This document shows positions 17,701 to 29,900 of a stretch of 64,000 nt of DNA, piece by piece (within the stretch, counting starts at the first letter, position 1; each line of letters opens with the position of its first letter). The notes below the pieces were generated by a model. It had not been told where the DNA came from, did not search any database, and saw only the letters and a program-made list of their open reading frames with translations. The DNA is taken from positions 1 to 64,000 of the forward strand of contig JAQGDQ010000505.1 of assembly GCA_030141605.1 (NCBI GenBank), written 5' to 3'. The position numbers were made by a program, and so were the translations under genes. Source of the DNA: Tubiluchus corallicola (taxonomy: Eukaryota; Animalia; Priapulida).

Positions 17701-19509
17701 AGATATTCCACTACACCAGTCTAAAATCTTTTATTCAAGTGACAAAGTAGGGAAAAAACACAAATATCTACTCAGACATATCCTTCTTAACTTTGGCCCA
17801 AAACAAAGAATGAATCGTGAATTTAAGGCTCTAAGCTAACGAGTTCTACAGACACTTGCACGGTCCAGATGGCGTGGGATGTGGGCAAGTCTAGGTGAGC
17901 AGAGCTGCATGCATTTCCTTTACATACCCATATTGTTTTACATCCTCACACGCATCACGGTCAGGTAATATATATCACGCCCAAAACTGAATAAGCTGTG
18001 TCACATCCCTTCAGCTTCAATTCAAAACTGTGTCTCTGCAATGGCTTTCTACTGGTATCCCATTTATAATAAATCTCGATCTGGCAGTTTAAAAGGAAAG
18101 GCAATAGATCCTAACACCATCACTTAACAATGCATTGTGCTTTGTCATTTGAAAGATGTGCCATTTATCTTCTGTAAAATTGATAAACTTCTGATTTGAG
18201 CTTACCACATTGCCACAGCGTGTTGTAGCTTGATAAGAAGACAGCACCTGTGACCAGCAGGCAGCAAAAAACATCAGCATGATAAATTCTAAGCAGTTAC
18301 TTGACCTGTGGGCATTAGTTTACTAGATTTGCCAAGAGACGGCCAAAGTTTCATCGAGAACATAGTAAGAATAGGGCAACACTGTTCTGCAGGCAAAACA
18401 CAGCTGTAAGGATGCTTAATGTAGAGGATGCAGGATTGTTGAAGGTGTCATCTTTTATAACTTAAAAATGCTTCATATTACTTGGTGGTTATGTGATTAA
18501 AGTTATGACATTGCAGTCTAAACTTGCTACATACAATCACCAAACTACTAGTATTAATCTTGTATTTCAGCACAGGTCGACAGTAATTGCCACTTATGCT
18601 CTATGTGGATTCTCAAACATTGCAGCTATAGGAGTATCACTGGGATGTCTAGGCAGCATTGCACCAGAAAGAAAAGGTGATGTGGCCGATCTGGGTGCGA
18701 GAGCCCTAGTATCGGGAACATTAGCATGTTTCATGACTGCAACAATTGCAGGTATTAAACATACTACAGGGTGTCCATAAAGTCTGGGTACATAGGGGAT
18801 TTTACTATTTATTTATTTGTTGGATTTTACTATTTATTTATTTGTTTTTATTTTTTCTCCTCAGAAAGAAAATGGCTTTATCTAAGGAGGAAAGAATCGT
18901 TTTGGTACTCTTAAGTGGACGAAAAGGATGGTCTTATCGTAAAATTGCGGAAGAATTTAACCTTCGACACCCTAATCGTCAGCCTATTTGTTTTACTGCC
19001 ATCGGGAAATTGGTCAAGAAGTTTAAAGAAACAGGCAGTATTACATCGAGTTCACATGAATTTCGTAAAACGCATCAAATTATGCATTGAAAATGATGGA
19101 AATTCCATCATTTATCAACATCAAAATTGAATAAAACTGTTTTATAAAAAGTATTTGTTTTTACTAAGTACCCACACTTTATGGACACCCTGTATAATAG
19201 TAAAGTTTGTACAATAGCACTCTGACTCCAGTATCTGCAATAGTGCCACATAACCCATAAGGTGGCAGTGGAAGCCTAATTCCATCTATTCTTGTACATG
19301 GAAAAGACCAAACCTCGACTAACTGCTATTTCCTTTTTCTCAGTGTTGTTATACCTATGTAAATTCTTCTCAATGGTGACTGTGTTTAACTGTTTCAGTT
19401 TGCTATTTTCTGTAATTTCTAAAGTTATTATAGCAATTGTAACACTCACATTTCAGTTATTTTTGTGAATGTTCCAGGCCTTCTGATCACATCCGAATCA
19501 CAAGCATAG
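8800..19509 (+). CDS. SLC28A: Concentrative Na+/nucleoside cotransporter (SLC28/CNT family), 11 exons, 590 aa: 8800-8889, 11287-11666, 11906-12053, 12774-12968, 13310-13471, 14572-14697, 15288-15418, 15794-15962, 17356-17514, 18571-18751, 19478-19509
   Basis: CNT motifs [96 protein letters not shown]. Junctions are GT-AG and phase-consistent; exons total 1773 nt. Exon 1 and the last exon are the least certain. Confidence 0.95.
13095..13192 (-). mobile_element. Short interspersed palindromic element with internal TTAGGG repeats, copy 2
   Basis: Reverse-complement match to 3323-3449; imperfect terminal inverted repeats GGGAAGAAGTTCACAATT / AATTGTAAATTTTAGCCC. Confidence 0.7.
14271..14457. mobile_element. 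Degenerate hAT-like MITE with internal GAGTC/AAGTC repeats
   Basis: Weak termini CAGGTGCTGTAGT ... AGTTCAACACTG; many RAGTC subterminal motifs; no clear TSD. Confidence 0.4.
16365..17198. mobile_element. pogo/Tigger-like MITE (~830 bp)
   Basis: Starts TA|CAGTAGGCGCCGCTTAATAGACTCAC; perfect 21-bp inverted match GTGAGTCTATTAAGCGGCGCC at 17174-17194; repeated TTAAT.GACTC subterminal motifs. Confidence 0.8.
18767..19192 (+). mobile_element. Internally deleted Tc1/mariner-superfamily transposon (426 bp)
   Basis: TA TSD on both sides; 25-bp TIR CAGGGTGTCCATAAAGT(C/G)TGGGTAC. From ATG 18872 it encodes an HTH N-terminus ([14 protein letters not shown]...[11 protein letters not shown]), followed in another frame by the transposase C-terminus [14 protein letters not shown]. 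The catalytic core is deleted. Confidence 0.93.
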
Positions 19510-20739
19510 TCTCGATGGCTAAAGAGAAAGGCACAAAATTCAACCAGTATTGTAACAATGGATATTACTGGTAATTATTATCATTAATGTACTGCGTATA
19601 GCACATATCTAACTAATTTATGTATATATACATATATATATCTGCATTGCAAGTCGACCTCCAGACAGGAGCTTAGCTCATTATTAAACACAATCCTCTA
19701 TAAAGCTCTATAAAGAGACAGTGAACCACCACCAGGTGTGAATTAGCCATTTATGCATGTATATACATCGTCACTCAGGGCGAAGCAGTATGGCAGATGG
19801 TACCACTCAGAACAAATTTTCTTGGCGATTGTCCATCCATTAACTAGTCAAGTCTAGTATAGCTTCAACTGACATCACCATCATTACAGGTACTTGACTA
19901 GTGCACTTGGTACCCTCCAAGCAAAAACAAATGATGTAGATTTTATTAAAAGGGACGAAGCACCAAGGTTAAGAGCATTAAGGCAACTCCTTACTGAATG
20001 TTTTGTTCTTTATACAAGGCAAAAATTATATTATGACTAATAAACAATTCTGCCTAAATTTGCCTTCATGTGGTATTATTATTGAGACTCCAGTGTACCA
20101 TATTATTGGAATCCAGTTTTATTGTCAGTATGATTCAAATGATGCAATAATGAAAAAACCATAAGACTTTTTTTCAAGTCTTACATCGGTGCAGTTACAC
20201 ATATTTCTCATGCTATCTAATGGTAAATGATAATACGACTTGCAAATAGAATATCGGATAAACAAAAAAACATCTATTAACAGAAAATGTTCTCAAATGG
20301 TGTACAATGGTTTGGAAAGTCTCCGATAACTTATAACAGGCAGCCCACTAACATAAGTGAAAGAAAATGCTTTCTAAGTTAACAAAAAATGAAGGAATAT
20401 CTTAATTGATCAATTGCTTTTCATGCGAAAATGCACTGCAGCTGCACGAACAAAAATAAACAAACAAGATAAAAATACATATTTATCTATGCTCAGATCT
20501 ATACTGTATCTGTTCACCGGGAAATGGCTGACTGACTGAATCATTGAACGCAAAACAACAAACAAACAGAACGTTCTGTGTATTAACTAAAAATGTAAAA
20601 CATTTGCTCAGCCATGTCACCTAGTAGAGCTGTGTGTTCATACTTGTCAAAAGATGAAAACTGGGAATAATTCGACATTGTACCAATCCAAACACAATCC
20701 ACCTGCGCATGGTGACGTTTTTCTTCATACAGATCATGT

Positions 20740-23700
20740 TCAATTCATATCACATGACTGTGTTGGAGCTTCCAAGGAGCATCTGCTGGTCTTATACAAA
20801 GACATGGCAGTTATGTCATACAATCTGAAAAAGAGGCATGCCAATCATATTATCGAAAACAGTACACATTATGATCAATACTAAATTATATTTGCTTAGC
20901 TACAATCAAGTTCTACTTACTCGTTGTTGACAAATATGTGCCTGATATCACCTACAAAAGCATTACTCATTGTGGATGATCCGACATCTGCATCACCGAA
21001 TATCAGGTAATGACCAGATTCAAATGTTGGCTGCTCCAACGTGGGTAAATCTACTGGTTGTACCATGTTATCCAAGTTAAGACGAACAGTGAAACTACAA
21101 GAACAATAAATATGTTTTAAAATGAAACATATTTATCGCCGAGTTGTTGCAACTTCAAAGTCAGAAACAATTTTTGGTCAAAACTGACTTTGTGTGTGCC
21201 GGTTTTATAGATTAAATTCAATTACTGACATTTTTGATTGAAAATAAATGCTTTTTTATTCTTCACATTTTTCAGATACATGTAATGCTTTTTGTAAACA
21301 TTACTATTTAAAAATGCCTTATGGTCTTAATATACCTTAATATATCTTTGTCAAACAGAAACAGTTTTCAAACATTTTGGCAGCCAAAAAATTGTAGCGT
21401 AAAGCCTGTCTGAGTATTTATGGCAAAGAAATGGTGAGTTCACAATTTGGGTAGACAGGGTATGCATTGATTCTCTATTGCTTCATCTGCATTATTGCTG
21501 GGATCATTTTTCTCGTTTAAACCATCACTTATTGCGGAAAGTCATCACTCATTGTGCAACAATCTTCAATGAGAAAATAAGCTTCTCTCGTCAGCATCCC
21601 TCAATGAGAAAAAGGCTCTCTTGTAAACTGATGAGTCACTTATTTTGATTCGTAACAGTTTCGTTCACACAGGTTATTTCTCTTGTTGAAGGACGGCGTG
21701 TCACCAAGGCCATTTAGTGCCTTTTATCAGAGAAGTATCCTTGATAATGAATTAGTTTTCAGCACAATCAGAACTATCAAAATTAGGTAGGCCTTGTTGC
21801 CGAATGGTTGATACCACATCACAAAGCATCAAACTGCTTTTAAAAAGAAAACATTTGAATTATACATTCTTTAAATATAAATAAAGTTCCAATAAAAATC
21901 CCTAAAGGCCATTCACAGTGTGTTCTAACTTTAAAGCTGTAATGACGAACATTTTCTGTTATTTGACAGTCGCGTGTTCATAGCGAAGCGTTAACGCCAT
22001 AAATATATTTTTGCACAAGCTAAGCTACACATAGTGTCAGAACATATCTTTTTAGTGCCGGTACATACTTAAACAGAAGTGGCAGTCAATCAGTAATGCC
22101 ACACAACCTTACGAATACATTGGTTGTTACAAATGGCAAAATATCAGCAGCATAAATTGGCTGATAACTGTGTTTTCAAAAGCATGCCTATCAACTTACT
22201 TCTTAGCATGATCAATTTCAAGAAGCAACGTGTGCCATTCTACGTCTGACAGTCGCGGATAACTTGGGATGTCAACTGAAATTCTATGACCATGCCAAAC
22301 GAGCAGTACTACACGACTATCCTGCAGAACCACTCTAATGCTCAAATCCTGAATATGGAATAGGACAAAATGTGTGTTAATATTATGCAGAGTTTATATA
22401 AATAGATCGATAGACTGACAGATATCTAGACATACGTTCCCACTGTTAAAGCTCCAGTGATTTCACTGTTCTTGATAATAAGCCTTTTCACAGTTCCAGC
22501 GATTAATGACGATCATGAAAGGTCAAAGGCTAACTGTACCAGACAAAGCATTTGTGTACACTTGACAAGGCCTCACAGCCCATGGTGTTGTAATAGTAAC
22601 ACTTTTAACAGCTAGCTAGAACTTTACCTAGTTCATTTTTTTGCTCCCATGCAAGATCCTGCTAGTAAATCACACTACGCACAGACTAATGCATAACTAA
22701 GCAAAGTCCACGTAAAACAACTAAAGCTGCTGAGCTGATACGGCAGACGGCTTTGCCTTACACACATCACGTGACGATTGTAATCAAGACGTGATGTTGT
22801 GGTACACTTAACCTTTGACCTACAACAACTGTGCGTGCGCACAACGAAACTGTGAAAAGGCTTATTGTTTTAACAAACAAAAGATCGCAGTCTAGTGCCG
22901 AATCATATTTACGCTAGTAGAAATAATGTTAAATGTTAGATACTCCTAGCATCAGTACAAACCCACAATCACTACAGTCCTCATGAATTTAGAAAAATGT
23001 AAATCCAAAGACTGTGGTCGTGTGAATTAGAGCAAGAATATTTCGGATACAAGCATTAGTTTGTCGGACGAACTAAGCCGACTGGCCATTTGGGTTTAGC
23101 TAATACGAAAAAATTATACATAAATTATTTATAGAAATGTTTAAACAAAAACAGTTTTTTGTCTTTATGCTGCTTGTGCCTTGACTTTGCCATTATATCT
23201 TCATTTTACTACTTTTTTCATGCTGTGGCGCCAGCTGTCACAGCTGCTGATTGAGTTTTGCATTTTATCTTTTTTTAATTTTAAACTGTGATTAAATTTT
23301 TCCAAATATCGTGGACATTAATTTAAACTAGTAAAGGCCTTACAAAAAATTTTGCATGTAAATCCACTTACAATAAATAATGTGGGAACATCTTGCTTAG
23401 TGTTCATTTATTTATCTAACGCAAAGCCAGCAGCTTTCACTGAATTAAAGTTATACGCAGAGTACAATGGAATGACATCAGAACAATGCAAGTTTTCTAA
23501 GCGTATATCGCCTGAAATGGAACCTCCAATCAACTCGTAGGTGCTCCTTCTGGTGAACAAAACAGACATGCATCATCATGTAGCCCTGTTCCTGCTCCTC
23601 TTTGTAAAGAGTGGTCTAGCTTCTTCTGAGAGCCCAACCATGCACAGCCATAATGTTTTTTCTACAGGGTGTTTGGTCAAAATATCAAAAAAATCGATAG

Positions 23701-26700
23701 GAGTTTGGTCCGGGAAAACGCCTGTTGCGGGAAGCCGTCGCCCTCCCGCAAATTCTAAATACTCCTACTACACCCATCGTTGAATGGCCTATTCAACTAT
23801 TATAGGCACCATGTCTGGCACATTCCCATGCTCTAGAAATAAGAGGCATAAATTTCGCGAAAAACGGGCAAAAAAGGGCCTTGGAGGTTTTTCGCCCTCT
23901 CGTTCCTCGATTTTAAATTAGCTTGTTTTAAATACTGTAATACACTACTAACTAGTAGCTATAGAGAATGGTAACCGAGAACTTTTAAAAAATACTATAA
24001 TACATAATACTGACATGTCAGTTTTAACTCTTCGTACAGCTCACAAACCTTTTTAATTGCATAGAACAGTAAGAACCCATTCTTCTGACACGTCCGAAAT
24101 GAAAATGCTACAGAGGAAATCAAAGTCCTTGAGTTGATATCCACTTTAAAGGATCGCTTCAATGAGTGATGTCGCCAGCCATGAAGTCGCAATGGAAGAC
24201 TTATGCAAGCTGCCTGAGCTGAATAAAGAGCCTAGAAATTTGATTTTTCTTATTAGCGATGAAAATTTCACAGTTTTTCCAAGAAAATAATAATGTGTTT
24301 TATCAAAATAACAAAATCTGCATAACGGTTTGCCTATTAGTCACTCTGATTAAGTGTTTTCATCTTAGTCTGAATACTTGCTTACAGCTATTTTGATGTA
24401 TTACAAAAATTTTTTGGCAATTATAAGGCAAAAAAGTTAAATTCAAAAATTTGAAAGTTTTGCTCATGTTGGTCATTTCACATTAATGAGTAACCGAAAA
24501 AAGCTTTAGTTAAATCAAACCAACTCAGAATAAAAATTACACTTAAATCATTCTAGAAAGCGAAAATGAATTTACAAAATATAACAAGGAAACAAATATA
24601 AAAAGTTATTACTGCTCTCTAGTAAAATAATACCTCTGCACATGTTCTAAAATCAACATTTGCAGCACTGATATAATTGACCAGATCAATAGTTTCCTCT
24701 CCAAAACCAACTTTTGCGATGCAACCTTCAAAACTGGAGCTGTTCGAAATACCACTGCAAATAAAAAATGGCAAAAGAGTGACCAAACACTTGACACTCT
24801 TAACACATTTTAATCTAATTTTGAACCATTATAATCAAATGCAACTTGTTAATTAATAATTCGAAATGACGCAGAGAAAAATGAAATGAAATAAAGTTAC
24901 GTATATTAAAGAAGATTATATTTAACATCCTTAAGCTTTAACGCCTATCCACATTTGAGATACCAAAGATGCTTCAGATTTGTTGAAAACCATTGTTAAC
25001 ACATTTGAACTACTTAAGTCCACATTTGAGTTACCAAGACACATTTGAGTTACCTAAATCTACATCTGAGTTAACGCAGGTCTATATAAGTACAAGTACA
25101 AGTACAAGTACAAGTACAAGTACAAGTACAAGTACAAGTATAAGTATAAGTATAAGTATAAGTATAAGTATAAGTATATTTATTTCCACTCTGCATCTAA
25201 CAATAGTAATAAAAATACAGATAATTTCACTGAAGTAAATATAAATATAAATGCAGTATTATCCAGAAATTACAAAATGCAGCATATATATGTGCAAATT
25301 ACATTACAGAATAATTTTGATGCATACAGTTTGAGCCTAAAAGCATAGTTTGACAGGCCAAACTGTATGTGGAAATCTTAAAAAAAAGATTAATAATTGA
25401 AATAATGAAATAATGATAATATATACATAAAAGTGGGGGGGGGAGTAGTGAATGAAAGATGAAATGGAGCGAGAACTATGATTATAAAGTGTTCAGTAAC
25501 CTGTTGAGCATAGTCACGTTTTATTAAGATTACTGTGGAAAAAGAATGCAGGTTATTACCATTATCAAATGGTGTTACTCTCAATACTTTTGAAATATTT
25601 CTTTTCTGACGGTTTTTTTAAAAATTGAAAGGGAGTGACTACATTTTGAATTGCGGCTTAGTCTATTCCATAGGACTGGTCCCATATAGCTAATGAAATG
25701 TTTTGCCATATTTGTTCTACAACGTCTTGGTATATTTTCATTATGTCTGGTATTGTATTTTTTACATTTAGCTTGACTGGATTTTCAAAAAAAGTTGGAA
25801 ATAAGTTGTTGTTGGTTCTATACATGTATATACATCCATTAAAATTAATAACATCATCCAGAACATGTAACACATATACAACGCAACATAATGGTCCAAC
25901 GGCATACTGCAGAAGTAGGCAAATGAAGCCAAACATTTATGGCTTCAAAAACACAAAAGTTAGTAAAATCGATATACACTGCAACAACCAGCCAGGATTT
26001 TTAACCAAGAGCTTGAACACACATTGCCTTTCTTGGCAAAAATAGTTACTTCCCATAAAAGGCTTGAAAATAAAAATTATTGACAAAGTTACCATCGCTG
26101 CACGAATTTGTGCTAAAGCAAAAGTATAAAAAGCGTGCAAATAATGTTTGCAATATTCCTAACTAAATCATGATCTGTAAAATAAAACTGTGCAAAACTA
26201 AAGGCAAAACAAATGTGTAAACTTACTGGACATTATAATCATAGGCTACTCCACCAACGAACAACCTGTCTAGAGACACATCAGTCGCATTTGGAGTGAT
26301 GACAGCACTAAATGCCCTTTCATCTAACTTTGCACTAGCAATGAGCTTGTACCTCATGATCTGTGAACAAACAAAATATATTATTAAATACAAGTGTGTT
26401 TCACACAATATATAAAGGGGAAAAGATATTAAGAAAAAAAGCACGAATTGTCAATGTAATCTAAAAAAATAAAAAATTTTCAAGTTCAGTTACTAGATTC
26501 ACTATCAAAATGCTCTGATAAGAGAAAATACTTATGCAAAATAATCACACAAAAATAGAACTGTTATCCAGGTTTTGTGTATCTTTTGTGCAAATCATGA
26601 ATATATATATATATTATTAAGTATGTAAACATGTTCCGCACTATACATTAACCAGGTGAACAAACTTCGTTTCTTTAAGTTTCACATCTCCACTAAATTC

Positions 26701-26883
26701 ACTTTTATAATTCACGTTTGTTACTTATCCTCGAGCTTTGAAATTGTCCTACAATAAATTACGTCAGTTTTAATACCTAGTTTTTTATCTGACCTCATTG
26801 CTTTTGTCGTATTTGGTTTCGCGACATTGATTTGTTTTCAAATTACAATTTCACAAAAAGTAAAATTATTATTACTACTACTA

Positions 26884-26934
<51 letters not shown>

Positions 26935-29900
26935 ACTACTACTACTACTACTACTACTATTATTGATATTATTATTATTACTGTTATTATCATCATCATC
27001 ATTACCATCGCTGTCATCAATATCGTTGACATCATCGTTATTATCGTGATCACCATCATCAACACGGTAATCAGTACCAATATCATAACCATTATCATAG
27101 TTATTTGCAATGATTTCCAGAACTGAATTGTCTATTCATACTTACAGGCACAACCACAATAACAGGAGAGCCAACCATTGCAAATTTACCAAATTTAACT
27201 CTACCTACTTTACATCAGTCATCACCAAATCACATAAGACTTAACAACCTTCAACTCACTGGTTTCAAAACAACTACTATATAACGAAATCTGCTCCAAA
27301 AAGACCAGATTCTCTTTCCATCGTAATATCCGATATTTCTTTCCATTATATCATAATATTAAGACAAAATAATCATCAAAATAATCAAAAGTCCATCTCT
27401 GTCTATCGTGGACAGAAAAAACACAAAATTACGCCTTGTAATAACTGGCGAAATGCACAACTTTACTGTTACATATTTGTCGCAACAATTTGTCAACACT
27501 TTGAAGCACTCTCCTTGTTCAAATTTAGATTGAGTTACAACTTTTTTTACATTTCTTGACTTTCAAGTCTGGTATAAAAAATTTAATACATCATAACTGG
27601 CCAGGATACTTTAAATCTAGCACATTCAGCTTCTGACTTTAAACACTTTACCTGTAATGTATGAAATTTGCCATCATCGATTCTGCTTCGACTTTTCATT
27701 TCTCGTTGCGTTCCAGAAGATGAGATAACAATAATAACAAAACCATTATGCAACTCAACCAGCACATAATCCATCTAGAATAAACAAATTAACAATGTGG
27801 TTTTTTCTATTAGCATCGAGTTTTTCATGCATCTATAAAAGAAATGCTGCCATACATTTCGCATTCGTTCTGTAACATGTGGACTTCTTAATCCTCAAAG
27901 AGTCGTAGAAAAAAATTAGGAATTTCACTTCATTCTAATGAAAAATGCAGAGCTATCTAAAACGTTGACAAAGAAAACAGTGCTGTATGATATCTGACCC
28001 CTGCATGATCTCTGACCCCTGTATGATCTGTGACCACTGCAGCTAGATGTGCAGGAAAAAATATGGAACTTAAAAGCTTGTTAACATGACCATAGATTAC
28101 CAGTCAAGCATAAGGGATTTCTTAAGACTGCAATAGTATTTTATAATTATGCTGCTGTCCCTGTCGGAATCCATTGCGTTGTTGGCTATGTCAATTTTTA
28201 CATTTCTATAGTTCACGTTACTTCATACAGATACTATCACATCTTTCTCCTCTTTTTATTCTCTATTAACCTTTCTTTCTACTCCTTTACTGCTCTTTTC
28301 TGTTACACTCAGTCCACATTCATTCGGGGTGCTCTAAACAAGTATTACTTCTTGAGTACCCGCGGGTCATTTGCGGCTTGGCATCTTCTGTACATAATAA
28401 TAAATATGTTATTAAATACTTTTATGTACAATGCTGTAATGATCGTTGTGGATATATTTAATAAATAAATAAATAAAAAATAAATAAACATATACTTGTA
28501 TATGTAAACTAATTATACTTGTATGTGTAAACTGATTATCTACAGGTTAGCATTATAGCAAAAGCATATTTTACCTGACTGTAACTTGCTGCAAGAAAAA
28601 TCAGGCCATTTTTCTGCAGAGATTTAACCACTATGGTCACGTTTAGTTCAATTAAACTTCCAAGTTTAAATGTTGACAGCTCCACGAAAGAGCCAGAGCC
28701 AGAGCCAGAAAATGCAACATTCCTGCCTATTTTGTTTCTTTCCACAGGAACAACTTTGCTGCAACTGAAACATATGCTGGTCATAGCATTACAAATGTTT
28801 CACTCATGAATGTTTGGTACGATTACAGGTTTTAATATTGCATATATTTGTAATAAATGCAATGTTACTGTTGATAATTTTACTAAGAAATGCAAAGCTA
28901 CTAACATAATTATTTTGAGTAAATCTGCACTAAATGAAAACGATTATCTAATAAAAGAATTTGTAATGGAGATCTTAAAATGCGTGGATGATAGAGAGTT
29001 TTTCTTTCTGAGCAATAATGAATTGAATACCAAGCTTAAGCATATTGTCTCGATGTAACTTTTTGTTAAAGTTGCATCATAATTATGCCTATTAATAAAT
29101 TGTACTTGTTACTAACCTGTAGACATTTACTTATTCTTTTAACTCCTTATGTATTAACCTTTTTTATGGTGATCGCATTGACGTACATATCGTGTTGATC
29201 GAAAAATAAATTATAATAATAATAATTAATTTAAAAAATCTTTAAATTAATTGTATCAAAAAATTATCAATTGACTTCAACAATTATTTTTCTACATTTA
29301 AATTTTATTATCATATTAAATATAGTCAATTTACCTTTTCAATGTTTTAGCCACACCGGTTTGCATCATTGCCTTCCACACATTAACAGATTCGTCATTA
29401 AAAATCACGTCATCAATGCAACCCTTAAAACTGACAAAGCGTGCCAGCTTCAGTCTGCTCGGCAGTCCCCCAATATATAATGGGTTGGACAGTGGAAGCA
29501 ACAATGCAGTATTATTAAGAGCAGAATTGACGCTAAGAGAATCCACGGTCAACTCTAGAGCCTTTCCAATCCTAGAATGTACAAACGGATATGTTATGGT
29601 ACATGCATTTAATACATAACATGAAGTTCATGGAATATTTATAAAGAAAGCAATGTAACGTGATGTAATTTATTTTGATATCAGTACAATAGAACAGAAC
29701 ACAAACATGTACAAAAATAAAATTATAACCAAAATAACAAAATAATTAACATCATATGAGAAAATAGGTCGTACATATTGTACTGCAGAAAGCTGAAGAA
29801 GCTGAGAGCTTGTAAAAGCTTTCAGAACAACTGAAAAAAAGAGAAGAAAACAAGGTTAATAGTAATAAAGTTTGGGAAAAAACTAGTGTGAAGAATGGAG

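Noticed and set aside
17560-18470. Possible decayed LINE on the minus strand (similarly 19700-20150 and 28810-29230)
   Set aside because: Only faint motif hints; no ordered motif series could be read.
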